Assembly: GCA_938015575.1 (NCBI GenBank) | Contig: CALLPT010000157.1 | Location: forward strand, 1-46,143 | DNA length: 46,143 nucleotides | Reading direction: 5' to 3' | DNA from: an uncultured Acidimicrobiales bacterium | GTDB lineage: Bacteria; Actinomycetota; Acidimicrobiia; Acidimicrobiales; UBA10347 | Shown: in pieces, positions 19,227 through 28,515 of the stretch | Layout of the letters: every line of letters begins with the position of its first letter | Numbering within the stretch: the stretch's first letter is position 1 | The notes under the pieces: model-generated | What the model was told of the DNA's origin: nothing | The model's database searches: none | What the model saw: the letters and a program-made list of their open reading frames with translations, nothing else | Program-made: the position numbers and the translations under genes

Positions 19227-20420
19227 CTAGCCGAGCGCCTGTTCGAGGTCGTCCCACAGGTCCTCGAGGTCTTCGAGCCCGATCGACAACCGAATGAGCC
19301 CGTCGCCGATGCCCACGAGCGCTCGAGCTTCGGGGCCGATCCGGCGGTGGGTGGTCGTGGCTGGGTGCGTGGCCAGGCTCTTCGAGTCGCCGACATTGTT
19401 GGAGATGTCGAACAGGGCGAGCTTGTCCATGCAGGCGAAGGCCGCGTCTTTGGTTGCCACGTCGAGGGTGAGCACTGTGCCACCGGCCGACATCTGCTGT
19501 TTGGCCAGGTCGTACTGGGGATGGTTCGCCAGGTGCGGGTAGCCGACGCCGAGCACGCCTCGATGGCTGTGCAGTCGTTCGGCGAGCGCGAGGGCGCTGG
19601 CGGCCGCAGCATCGACACGCAGCCGCAGCGTCTCGAGGCCCTTCGCGAGTGTCCACGCGTTGAACGGGCTCAAGCTCGGTCCCGTGTGGCGGGTGAAGGG
19701 CATGAGATAGTCGGACTTGTAGGCCTGCGTTCCCAGGATTGCGCCGCCGAGCACGCGACCTTGGCCATCGATGTGCTTCGTCGCCGAGTAGACGACGACA
19801 TCGGCGCCGAGCTCGAGCGGCTTCTGGAGCACCGGACTGGCGAACACGTTGTCGACGATGACCGTCGCGCCGACTGCATGCGCGAGCTCGCTCACCGCCC
19901 GCAGGTCCACGATGTCGAGACCGGGATTCGAGGGCGTCTCCAGAAACACGGCCCGTGCGCCCTCGCTGAGCGCTGCTTCCCACGCGCCGAGATCGCACCC
20001 GTCGACGAGCACCGTCTCGACGCCCCAACGCGGCAGGATCTCGGTCAGCACGACGTGACACGAACCGAACAGGGCCCGCGACGCGACGACCCGGTCGCCC
20101 GCCGACACGATCGATGCCAGCGAAGCGAACACCGCGGCCATGCCGCTCGCGGTGGCCATGCAAGACTCGGCTCCCTCGAGCAGTCGCAGTCGCTCTTCGA
20201 AGACGGAGACGGTCGGATTGCCGTAGCGGCTGTAGATGTAGCGCTCGTGTTCACCGGCGAAGGCGGCTTCGGCCTCGGCAGCCGAGCCATAGACATAGCC
20301 CGAGGTGAGGTACATGGCCTCGGCGGTCTCGTCGAACCCAGAACGCTGGAGCCCGCCCCGGATCAGGTTGGTGCGTTCTCGCAGCGTGGACGGTTGCGGT
20401 GTTTCCGATTCATGGCTCAC
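19227..20420 (-). CDS. metZ: O-succinylhomoserine sulfhydrylase
   Basis: ETAEAMYLTSGYVY, YSRYGNPT, ASGMAA, ETPSNP, YSATKHIDGQGRVLGG, SNNVGDSKSLATHPATTTH. Confidence 0.9.
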   Translation of the reverse strand: MSHESETPQPSTLRERTNLIRGGLQRSGFDETAEAMYLTSGYVYGSAAEAEAAFAGEHERYIYSRYGNPTVSVFEERLRLLEGAESCMATASGMAAVFASLASIVSAGDRVVASRALFGSCHVVLTEILPRWGVETVLVDGCDLGAWEAALSEGARAVFLETPSNPGLDIVDLRAVSELAHAVGATVIVDNVFASPVLQKPLELGADVVVYSATKHIDGQGRVLGGAILGTQAYKSDYLMPFTRHTGPSLSPFNAWTLAKGLETLRLRVDAAAASALALAERLHSHRGVLGVGYPHLANHPQYDLAKQQMSAGGTVLTLDVATKDAAFACMDKLALFDISNNVGDSKSLATHPATTTHRRIGPEARALVGIGDGLIRLSIGLEDLEDLWDDLEQALG

Positions 20421-21021
20421 GGTTCGGTTCGTCCTGATTCAGCGCAGTCACGGCATCACCGATCACCCGTTGACCGGCGGCATCCAAGGGCAGTGTGCCC
20501 GCTGCTGCAATGGCGTCGGCGCTCATCTTCGTCAGCGTCTTGGTGACGATGGTCACCATGTGATCGTGATCGGTGCGCTCGACCATCGGGCCGAATTGGG
20601 TCTCGAGGAAGACGAGGCAGGCGACATCCTCGAGCGTTTGGGTCTCGGGGTCGCTGCGCAGCAAGGCGCGGCTCAGCAGTTGTCGCACCCGTTCGATCGT
20701 CTCGCCGGGCCATCCGGCATCGCTCAGGATGCTCGCCGTCGCCGCGGCCTGGTGAACCTTGTTGTCCCGACGCCAGAGCAGGTAGCCGGCGCGCCCTTCG
20801 GGGTACTGCGCGCGGGCCAGTTCCCATCGGCGCAGGTGGTGGGCGCGGCACGCGACTTGGAGCTCCGGCGTCGCCGCTGGATCGAGCCGGCCCAGCCAGT
20901 CGCTCGCCAAACGGCCCTCGACTTGGGCCCGTGGCCCGGCAGTCAGCTGGTTCGGGTCGTCGGCGTTGGCGCGGTCGATCGCAGCAAAGACCTCATCGAG
21001 TGAGCGGCTCAGGTCGCACAT
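20410..21021 (-). CDS. DUF4202 domain protein
   Basis: IDRANADDP, ACRAHHLRRWELAR..YPEGRAGYLLWR, TQTLEDVACLVFL, KTLTKMS. Confidence 0.85.
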   Translation of the reverse strand: MCDLSRSLDEVFAAIDRANADDPNQLTAGPRAQVEGRLASDWLGRLDPAATPELQVACRAHHLRRWELARAQYPEGRAGYLLWRRDNKVHQAAATASILSDAGWPGETIERVRQLLSRALLRSDPETQTLEDVACLVFLETQFGPMVERTDHDHMVTIVTKTLTKMSADAIAAAGTLPLDAAGQRVIGDAVTALNQDEPNREP

Positions 21022-22838
21022 TCGCTCTGGCCGACCTCGGCGACATACGGCCCCGTCTCGGCGTAGTCGACATAGAAGTCGGGATTGTCTTCGGGCGCCG
21101 GGAACACGTCGAACTCCTTGAGCCCCTTGGCGACTTCGCTTGCCCCGCCGACCCGGTCGAGCCAGCCGCGGAATGCTTCGCCCGCGACCCGCTCGTCAAC
21201 GAAGCGACGCAACACGGCGGCGGCCGCGGCGGGCGCGCTCTTGGCCGGCAGACGCAGCGCCTTGTCGCCGAAGTGGATCTGCTGCTGTCCCACATAGCCG
21301 CCCAGCAGCATCTGGTAGCCGGGCGCCGACTGGCCGTGGGCTCGTCGTTCGATGCCGAAGAACCCGATGTCAGCCACATGGTGTTGTCCGCAAGAGTTCA
21401 TGCAGCCGGAGATATTGATACGAACGCCGCCGACCTCGGCAAGGCCTTCTTCTTCGAGGGTCTCGCCGATCGCGTCGGCCAGCCCCCTTGATTGGGTGAC
21501 CGCCAGTCCGCACGTGTCGGCGCCCGGGCACGACACGACATCGCGTGAGAGCTCGGCACCTGGCTGGGCCATGTCGAGTGCGACCAGCCGCTCGTACAAG
21601 GTGGGCAGTTGGGCTTCGTCGAGTCCGCGGATGATGAAGTTCTGCCGGTTCGAAACCCGTACTTCGACCGCGAACTCACGGATGATCGAGGCGAGGCCTC
21701 GGAACTGTTCGCCGGTCACATCGCCGAGCGCACACCACGCATAGGCCGAGACGGTCGGTTTGGCGACGCCGCGGACGACATTGGCTCGTTCCCAACGTGC
21801 ATACGGTGAACTGCCGCCGATGGCGACGGACACGCCCTGGCCGACCGGGGTCGCCTCGACCGTGGCATCTCGCCCTGCCGGCTCATCGCCCTGCTCGAGG
21901 ACGATCTGGGGGATTCCGCCGGGCCAGGTGGCCGATGCTGGCAGCAGGCGCCGCTGGTTCAGGATCCGTCGTTGCGTCTCTTCGAAGCCGAGCTCATCGA
22001 CCACCCATTTCATGCGGGCCCGGAGCTTGTTGTCACGGTTGCCTGTCTGTTCGAAGACCCGAAGGATCGCTTCGATGGTTGGCAGCAGATCCTCGCGGGC
22101 GGTGAAGTCTTCGAGTGCGAGTGCAGGGTGGGGCGAAGCTCCCAGGCCGCCGGCAATGAACACGCGGAACCCGGCCTCGATTCGACCGTCGTCTCGCGTG
22201 CGCGTGACGGCGATGACGCCGGCGTCGTTGAACATCGCTTGGCCGCAATCGGTTTCGCAGCCAGAGAAGTTGATCTTGAACTTGCGGGCCAGTCGTTGGC
22301 CGATCGGGTTGCGCAGCAGGTACTCGTTGGTGGCCTCGGCCCACGCACTGATGTCGATGACCTCGAACGGGCACGCACCGGCGAGGTGGCAGCCCTGCAC
22401 ATTGCGGACGGTGTCGCCGCACGCCTCGCGGCTGGTCATGCCGACCGAGCCGAGCTGCTCGAGGATCTCGGGAATCTGGCGCAGCTGGGCGTAGTGGAAC
22501 TGGATGTTCTGTCGGGTCGTGATGTGGCCCCAGCCGCGGCTGTAGTCCTCGACGACCCGGCCGAGGGTGTCGAGCTGTTCGGCGCTGACGGCCCCGTAGG
22601 GCACTCGAACGCGAACCATGTGGTTCTCGCCGCCCTGGCGCTGCCCGTAGATGCCGTTCGTCAGCCGAAAGACGCGAAAGACATCTTCGTCGACGTCGCC
22701 GGCGAGGTAGCCGTCGAGCATCGTTTGGAACTTGTCGATATCCGCGCGGATCGCCGGGTCGAGGTCGGTGCTGTCGTTGCCGGGCCTCGGGAGGGTCAGG
22801 GGATCGGTGGTGTCCGAGGTGATGGTGAGCGGGCTCAT
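21009..22838 (-). CDS. Siroheme-containing nitrite/sulfite reductase hemoprotein (ferredoxin-dependent type)
   Basis: RLTNGIYGQRQ, HITTRQNIQ, ACGDTVRN, RKFKI, CPGADTC...SGCMNSCGQHHVADIG. Context (siroheme genes, metZ) favours a sulfite reductase. Confidence 0.9.
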   Translation of the reverse strand: MSPLTITSDTTDPLTLPRPGNDSTDLDPAIRADIDKFQTMLDGYLAGDVDEDVFRVFRLTNGIYGQRQGGENHMVRVRVPYGAVSAEQLDTLGRVVEDYSRGWGHITTRQNIQFHYAQLRQIPEILEQLGSVGMTSREACGDTVRNVQGCHLAGACPFEVIDISAWAEATNEYLLRNPIGQRLARKFKINFSGCETDCGQAMFNDAGVIAVTRTRDDGRIEAGFRVFIAGGLGASPHPALALEDFTAREDLLPTIEAILRVFEQTGNRDNKLRARMKWVVDELGFEETQRRILNQRRLLPASATWPGGIPQIVLEQGDEPAGRDATVEATPVGQGVSVAIGGSSPYARWERANVVRGVAKPTVSAYAWCALGDVTGEQFRGLASIIREFAVEVRVSNRQNFIIRGLDEAQLPTLYERLVALDMAQPGAELSRDVVSCPGADTCGLAVTQSRGLADAIGETLEEEGLAEVGGVRINISGCMNSCGQHHVADIGFFGIERRAHGQSAPGYQMLLGGYVGQQQIHFGDKALRLPAKSAPAAAAAVLRRFVDERVAGEAFRGWLDRVGGASEVAKGLKEFDVFPAPEDNPDFYVDYAETGPYVAEVGQSECAT

Positions 22839-22856
22839 GGGAACGGTCCTTCAGGG

Positions 22857-23627
22857 TCAGGCTGTGGTCAGCGGTGAAGCGTGATGGGGTTGTGAAGTGG
22901 CGGCAGAGAGAACGTTGGGGGCGAGTACGGGCGAACCGGCGACGGCGCCGATGACGATGACGGACGGGTTTGCGACGGGTTCGATGCCGAGCTCGTCGAG
23001 CGCCAAGTAGCGGACCCGCTGACGGGCGGTGGTCGCCTCGGTCACGATGGCGACCGGGGTCGTTCCGGCCATGCCAGCCTCGAGGAGTCGACCCCGGATC
23101 TTCTCCGCTCGCCGAGCGCCCATGAGCACGACGAGCGTGGTGCCGAGTTCGGCCAGCGCATGCCAGTTCAGGCTGTCCGGCTTGTGCGGGTCTTCGTGGG
23201 CGGTCACCACGGTGAAGGCGCTCGAGACACCTCGATGGGTGACCGGAATACCGGCCATGGCGGGTCCGGCGATCGACGACGTGATCCCAGGCACAACCTC
23301 GACTGGCACGCCGGCGCCTTCGAGCGCAGTGGCTTCCTCGCCACCGCGCCCGAAGACGAAGGGATCGCCGCCCTTGAGACGTACCACCGTGTTGTGACAG
23401 CGGCCCCGCTGGATCAGGATCTCGTTGATCTGTTCTTGCGAGGTGCGCCGGCCGTTGGGGTCCTTGCCGACATCGACGAACTCGGCCCACGGGGCGGCCA
23501 TGGCCAGAATCTCTGGCGAGACCAGACGGTCGTGGACGACGACGTCGGCGGTGCCGAGCAGGCGCGCTGCCTTGAGCGTGAGGAGTTCCGGGTCGCCGGG
23601 ACCGGCGCCCACGAGATGGACGGTCAT
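22857..23627 (-). CDS. cobA: Uroporphyrinogen-III C-methyltransferase
   Basis: VHLVGAGPGDPELLTLKA, DRLV, VRLKGGDPFVFGRGGEE, VPGITS, GIPVTHRG. Confidence 0.95.
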   Translation of the reverse strand: MTVHLVGAGPGDPELLTLKAARLLGTADVVVHDRLVSPEILAMAAPWAEFVDVGKDPNGRRTSQEQINEILIQRGRCHNTVVRLKGGDPFVFGRGGEEATALEGAGVPVEVVPGITSSIAGPAMAGIPVTHRGVSSAFTVVTAHEDPHKPDSLNWHALAELGTTLVVLMGARRAEKIRGRLLEAGMAGTTPVAIVTEATTARQRVRYLALDELGIEPVANPSVIVIGAVAGSPVLAPNVLSAATSQPHHASPLTTA

Positions 23628-24283
23628 ACGGGTGCCTCGGCCGGGTCTGGCTGCAAACCCAGCGCGTAACGAAGGGCGGCGCGGGCGTCGTCGAGGCGTC
23701 CCTCGGCGACCATGGTGAAAAGCCCGCGCTCCCCGTCGCCGTCGAGTGCTTCATTCCAGCCGCGGATCTCGCTGGTCCCGAAGTGCGCTCGTGCTTCGGC
23801 ACGCGCTTCGGCCAGGAGATCGAGCAGCGTCGTGTAGCGCTCGTCGAATTCGGTTTGGAAGCGTCGCCGGAGCCAGCTGGCCATCGCCGGGCTGCGGCCG
23901 TTCGTCGACGCGGTGAGGGTCAAGTCGCCGTTGCGCGCGACCGAGGGGAGAATCCAGGCGCAGTTCTCGGGATCGTCGGCAGAGTTGACCCACACGCCGG
24001 CCTGTTCGCCTTCGACGAAGACTTGGTGATTCACGTCGGGGTCGTCGGTGCACGCAATGGCGAGGCGGTAGCCGCCGACCTCGCCGGCTCGATAGGAGCG
24101 GGTTTTGATCGTGACCGGCAGGTGGGCGAAGTCGGGGTGTACCCAGGGTCCGATCACGGTGACGTCGGCTCTGGCGTCGACGAGTCCGGCGGCCTTGCGC
24201 AGGGCGATGTTGCCGGCGCCGACGACGAGGCAAGGTCGGCCGTGGAGCAACAAGTGCACCGGGTAGCTGTGGTGGCTGGTCAT
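23624..24283 (-). CDS. cysG: Precorrin-2 dehydrogenase/sirohydrochlorin ferrochelatase (CysG N-terminal module, SirC/Met8-like)
   Basis: YPVHL...CLVVGAGNIALRK, ACTDD..VN, VNSADDPENC, ASTNGRSP. Confidence 0.88.
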   Translation of the reverse strand: MTSHHSYPVHLLLHGRPCLVVGAGNIALRKAAGLVDARADVTVIGPWVHPDFAHLPVTIKTRSYRAGEVGGYRLAIACTDDPDVNHQVFVEGEQAGVWVNSADDPENCAWILPSVARNGDLTLTASTNGRSPAMASWLRRRFQTEFDERYTTLLDLLAEARAEARAHFGTSEIRGWNEALDGDGERGLFTMVAEGRLDDARAALRYALGLQPDPAEAPV

Positions 24284-24314
24284 GGGTATCTTTCCGGTGG
24301 AACGCTAAAAGCGT

Positions 24315-24341
24315 TAAATCCGATCGGATTAGTCGGAATTA
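24315..24341. promoter_or_regulatory. Putative Rrf2-family (CymR/IscR-like) operator TAAATCCGATCGGATTAGTCGGAATTA
   Basis: AT-rich imperfect dyad (TAAATCCGA-N9-TCGGAATTA) overlapping the predicted TSS of the sulfur operon. Resembles the Bacillus CymR box as I recall it. Confidence 0.65.
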
Positions 24342-24343
24342 GA

Positions 24344-24372
24344 AAGATACGCACGCGTCGACGCCGGGTCAA
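24344..24372 (-). promoter_or_regulatory. Housekeeping-sigma promoter TTGACC-N17-TATCTT for the cysG-cobA-sir-DUF4202-metZ operon
   Basis: On the minus strand, -35 at 24372-24367 and -10 at 24349-24344 with 17-nt spacing. Confidence 0.7.
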
Positions 24373-24443
24373 CCCCATTCGACGAATGTCACAGCTAGAT
24401 GTCACGATGCCTGGCGCTGTCAGTGCAGCACCAGGCGACGCAC

Positions 24444-25352
24444 CTACAGCTGGGCGGTCAGCACGGCCCGGGTACGAGCGATCTCGTCGGGGTTGGCGCC
24501 CATTGGCACCGCGGTGAAATCGGTCGCGCCCGATTGCGAGATCTCGCCCAGACGTTCCGTGACTTCGGCCTCGGAGCCAACGAGTGAAAGCTCGCCGAGC
24601 CCATGGAGCCCCTCGATGTCGAGCATCGCGCGATAGCTCGGCAGCTCGGCATAGATCGACAGGATCTGGGCGATGAAGTCGCGCGCCGGCTGGGGATCAT
24701 CGGTCACCCACACCGGGATCGAGCACACGATCGATGGCTGCGACCGGTCTGCGGCTTCGGCTGCGTCGTTGAGTACCGGAGCGATGTGTTCCTTGATCGT
24801 CTTCGGACCCACGCACCACAAGATCGTGCCGTCGGTCCGTCGACCAGCCAGCTTGAGCATCTGCTCGCCAAGCGCCGCGACCATGACCTTGGGTCGTTCG
24901 CCCTCAAAGTGCGGAATCTCGCTTTCGAGGCTCCAGAAGTGGCCGTCGTGCGAGGCGGCGCCGTCGTCGATCAAGGGCTGCAGAATTGACAAGAAGTCGA
25001 TCATCTGGCGAACTGGCTTCTCCCATGTCATCTTCCACCGATCGACGACCGCGGGTTCATGGGACAGGCCAATGCCAAGAATCAGCCGGCCGCCGATGGC
25101 GGCCTGGGTCGTGAGCGCCTGGCCGGCCAGCACGTACGGGTGCACGGTCCAGGTCGGAATGACGGCAGTGCCGAGCTCCATCGTCGATCCGGTGTTGCCG
25201 TGTGCGGCCATCACCGTGAGCGCATCGACCCCGCCCGTTTGCGCCAGCCACCACGAGGCGAAGCCGTCGGCCTCGGCCGCCGCGATGTCGCTGGTGATCG
25301 CTCCCAGATTCGGGTTCGCGAGTAGTCCAGAGCCGTTGATTCCAATACGCAT
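24444..25352 (-). CDS. LLM-class (probably F420-dependent) oxidoreductase
   Basis: AEADGFASWW, ELGTAVIPT..HP, GRLILGIGLSH, VAALGEQMLKLAG..TDGTILW, Y.ELPSYRAML. Confidence 0.88.
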   Translation of the reverse strand: MRIGINGSGLLANPNLGAITSDIAAAEADGFASWWLAQTGGVDALTVMAAHGNTGSTMELGTAVIPTWTVHPYVLAGQALTTQAAIGGRLILGIGLSHEPAVVDRWKMTWEKPVRQMIDFLSILQPLIDDGAASHDGHFWSLESEIPHFEGERPKVMVAALGEQMLKLAGRRTDGTILWCVGPKTIKEHIAPVLNDAAEAADRSQPSIVCSIPVWVTDDPQPARDFIAQILSIYAELPSYRAMLDIEGLHGLGELSLVGSEAEVTERLGEISQSGATDFTAVPMGANPDEIARTRAVLTAQL

Positions 25353-25444
25353 CGGGTCAGCCTAGACGTGAGCGTTCCTCCGCCTCCGAGCGCGGGAGCG
25401 TCAGGCGAGTTCTGTCGGCGCTCGGGCCGAAGTAGCGTCGGAGG

Positions 25445-26560
25445 ATGGCCGATTCGCTCGTCGAGTTCCGCAACGAAGTCGCCGAATTCCTTGACACCTC
25501 GATCGCCGACGGGACCGCCTGTCCTGCCTTCGGCTCGATCATGCCGCCCGACATGTTCGACGCGGCCCGAGCCTGGCAACGACGCATCTTCGAACGCGGC
25601 TATGCGGGCTTGCACTGGCCGACCGAGTACGGCGGACAGGGCTTGAGCGTCGAGCACCACCATGTGTGGACCGAAGAATGCGCTCGGCGCCAGCTCGCGT
25701 CGTACATGAACTTTCAGGGGTTCGTTCTGGCCGGGCCGGCGATCCTGAAGTTCGGAACCGAGGAACAGAAGCAGCAATATCTGCGGTCGACCTTGGCCGC
25801 CGAGATCGTGTGGTGTCAGCTCTTCAGCGAACCGGGGAGCGGCAGCGATCTCGTCAGCCTCTCGACCAAAGCCGAGGCCGATGGTGACGGCTGGGTGGTG
25901 ACCGGGCAAAAGGTCTGGTCCTCGACCGCGCAACTCGCCCAGCACGGCATCTTGCTGGCACGGACCAATGGCGATGACCCCGGCCACGGTGGCATTTCGT
26001 TCTTCCTCTTCGACATGGCGTCGCCCGGCGTCGACGTGCGACCACTCAAGCAGATGACCGGCGATCAAGAGTTCTGCGAGGTGTTCCTCGACGCAGCACC
26101 CGTAGCCCAGGCCGACCTGCTTGGTCCTCTGCACGGCGGTTGGCGGGTGGCAACTTCGGTGCTGGCCGACGAACGTTCCGCGGTTGGTGCCGCCGGCATC
26201 GGACTCGAACAGCGGACCGAAGCCTTGTTGGCCCAGACCCGCGATCTGGGACCGGTCGAACGCGACCGCGTGGTCGACATCGCGGTCGCAGCCAGCGCAA
26301 CCCGGCGCCTGCTCGACCGGAGCGCGGGCGACCCCTTCCTCGGCCCGCTGGTCAAGCTGGCGATGACCGAGTTCGAGACGACGCGCACCCGGGCATCGGT
26401 CGACCTACTCGGTCCGGCCGGAGCCGGTGTCGGCGATCCCCAGACCGAGTTCCTCTACGCACCCGGCATGCGGGTCGCAGGAGGCACCAGTGAGATTCAG
26501 CGAAACCTCATCGGCGAGCGACTGCTCGGTCTGCCGCGCGAGCCGAAACCTCGTAGCTGA
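25445..26560 (+). CDS. Acyl-CoA dehydrogenase family protein
   Basis: WPTEYGG, WCQLFSEPGSGSDL, GQKVWSS, FCEVFLD, GGTSEIQRNLIGERLLGLPREP. Confidence 0.92.
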   Translation: MADSLVEFRNEVAEFLDTSIADGTACPAFGSIMPPDMFDAARAWQRRIFERGYAGLHWPTEYGGQGLSVEHHHVWTEECARRQLASYMNFQGFVLAGPAILKFGTEEQKQQYLRSTLAAEIVWCQLFSEPGSGSDLVSLSTKAEADGDGWVVTGQKVWSSTAQLAQHGILLARTNGDDPGHGGISFFLFDMASPGVDVRPLKQMTGDQEFCEVFLDAAPVAQADLLGPLHGGWRVATSVLADERSAVGAAGIGLEQRTEALLAQTRDLGPVERDRVVDIAVAASATRRLLDRSAGDPFLGPLVKLAMTEFETTRTRASVDLLGPAGAGVGDPQTEFLYAPGMRVAGGTSEIQRNLIGERLLGLPREPKPRS

Positions 26561-26577
26561 ATTCAGCCAGGACTGCT

Positions 26578-27606
26578 TCAGCCGTCCTCGCCAACCAGAC
26601 TGCGCGGGTCCGCACTCGGCTCCGCACCCCGCACATGCAAGACACGCTGCGGGTACGGGATGTCGATGCCGGCAGCGTCGAATGCCTCTTTGATGCGCAG
26701 GCGAAGCTCTCGCTGGACGCGCCACTGGGCTGACGGATCGGTCTTGACCACCAAACGAAGCGTGATCCCGCTGTCACCGAGCGACTGCACGCCCAGCACC
26801 GTCGGGTCCTCGATGATGTCGCCGGCGAGACCATCCACATGGGTCTCGCGCCAATAGTCGTCGGCCACGTCGTTCATGATGCGCATTGCCTCGCGCAAGT
26901 CGGTTTCGTAGGCGACGCTGAGATCGACGACCGCGTTCGACCACAGCTGCGAGTGGTTGCCAACCTTGCGAATCGTGCCGTTGGGGATGTGCCACACCGT
27001 GCCCGAGAGGTCGCGCAGCTTCGTCGTGCGGAGGGTGATGTTCTCGACCTCGCCGGTGACGCCCTCGACCTCGATGACATCACCCACGCCGTATTGGTCT
27101 TCGATCAACATGAAGGTGCCGGACAAAAAGTCGCTCACGACCGACTGCGCGCCGAAACCAATGGCGATGCCGACAACACCGGCACCGGCGAGCAGGGGCG
27201 CCAAGTTGATGTCGAACTCGCCGAGCACCAGGAGCGAGGCGACCGAGAACGTCACCACCGTGACGAGGCTCTTGAGGACCGATTCGATTGCCTCGGCGCG
27301 GGCCGGGGCGCGCGCGGCCTCGCTCTGGTTCATCTCGGACCCGCCGGGACCAAGACTGCGCAACACACGCAATCTCGGATGCGATGGTGTCGTGCGGATC
27401 TGGTCGCTCAGGGCACCGATCGTGCGTCGAGCGAGGCGGTTCACGCACCACGCCAAGATGAGGATGACCACGACCCGTATCGGACGGTCGATCACCCATT
27501 CGCTCAGACCGGCGATGGTCTCGTTGCCGGTCCACTCGTAGACACGGGTGCACACCCGGCTGGGGTCTTGAAAGCCGCAGGCTCGGATCTCACCACTTGT
27601 CTGCAC
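26578..27606 (-). CDS. mscS: Small-conductance mechanosensitive channel (MscS family)
   Basis: LLAGAGVVGIAIGFGAQ.VVSDFLSG.F..IEDQYGVGD, GEVE.ITLRTT, IPNG, GIDIPYP. Confidence 0.92.
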   Translation of the reverse strand: MQTSGEIRACGFQDPSRVCTRVYEWTGNETIAGLSEWVIDRPIRVVVILILAWCVNRLARRTIGALSDQIRTTPSHPRLRVLRSLGPGGSEMNQSEAARAPARAEAIESVLKSLVTVVTFSVASLLVLGEFDINLAPLLAGAGVVGIAIGFGAQSVVSDFLSGTFMLIEDQYGVGDVIEVEGVTGEVENITLRTTKLRDLSGTVWHIPNGTIRKVGNHSQLWSNAVVDLSVAYETDLREAMRIMNDVADDYWRETHVDGLAGDIIEDPTVLGVQSLGDSGITLRLVVKTDPSAQWRVQRELRLRIKEAFDAAGIDIPYPQRVLHVRGAEPSADPRSLVGEDG

Positions 27607-27672
27607 GGACGAATTGTTGCACGCCGGTTCGAGCCGACAACCGGACCCACCGCAGGTTGTCGCGGGCGATGG

Positions 27673-28461
27673 TTAGGTGTGCATCTCGACGACGACGCCG
27701 TAATGGTCGCTCGGAACCTTGCCGTCGACCGGTTCGGTGCCGAAGAGTTCGGCGCTGTGTGGGTTGCCTCGGGGCCGGTCCTTGCGGGGCCAGGCGATCA
27801 ATACATAGTCGAGACGGCGATCCGGCCAGGCCGAGTTGTTGACGTACGGACTGTCCGAGGACCAGGTGATGCCGTCGCCGTCGCCGCACTGTTCCCAACA
27901 GTCGGTCCAGACGCGGCCCTTCACATAGGGCTTGGAACGGCCATTGAGGCGGCGAAACTCGTCGCTGTCGGGCACCGTGTTCAGGTCGCCGACCAGGACC
28001 GGGGGAAGGTCGCCGACGTTGAGCGTCTCGATGAACTCGGAGATCTCTTGTAGCTGATCCATACGGATCTCAGACTCGTCATAGGCGAAGTTGAGATGCG
28101 TCGTGAAGAAGGGGAGCACGCCGTGAGGCGTCGCGATGAGCGTGCCCAGGACGGTGCGATACATCCGGCCCTTCCCGTCGTCGAGAAATCGATGCTCGGC
28201 ATCGAGGATCGGCCAGCGCGACAGCACCGCGTTTCCCATGCCCTTCTCGGGATCGTCGGGTGCGTCTTCGGGACGATTGCCGACCCAGGACTGCTCGAAG
28301 CCCAGGTGTTCGGCGAGTCGTTCAACCTGGCCGGGCCAGCTTTCCTGCACACCAATGACGTCGGCGGCGACGGACGCGAGGGTGGATCGAATACCGGACT
28401 GGCGAGCCTCGTAGTCGCCGAACTGCCATCGCAGGTTCCAGGTTGCCAAACGAATCGTCAT
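27673..28461 (-). CDS. Endonuclease/exonuclease/phosphatase family protein
   Basis: ATWNL, DVIGVQE, GNAVLSRWP, TTHL, GDLN, RLDYV, SDHY. Confidence 0.9.
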   Translation of the reverse strand: MTIRLATWNLRWQFGDYEARQSGIRSTLASVAADVIGVQESWPGQVERLAEHLGFEQSWVGNRPEDAPDDPEKGMGNAVLSRWPILDAEHRFLDDGKGRMYRTVLGTLIATPHGVLPFFTTHLNFAYDESEIRMDQLQEISEFIETLNVGDLPPVLVGDLNTVPDSDEFRRLNGRSKPYVKGRVWTDCWEQCGDGDGITWSSDSPYVNNSAWPDRRLDYVLIAWPRKDRPRGNPHSAELFGTEPVDGKVPSDHYGVVVEMHT

Positions 28462-28515
28462 GGCCCTGAGTCTGGCGCCGGAGCCGGCCCAATGCCCAGC
28501 TCCACCCGTTGCGGG

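Noticed and set aside
22033-23802. 589-aa Arg/Pro-rich minus-strand ORF, and similar long alternative-frame ORFs (28322-30037, 36321-37934, 44431-46074)
   Set aside because: They overlap well-supported genes in another frame or strand, and their low-complexity R/P/G composition is typical of high-GC off-frame translation.
24284-24443. SAM or cobalamin riboswitch upstream of the cysG/metZ operon
   Set aside because: The predicted leader is only about 55 nt and has no recognisable SAM-I/IV or B12-box consensus; a promoter plus protein operator explains the region better.
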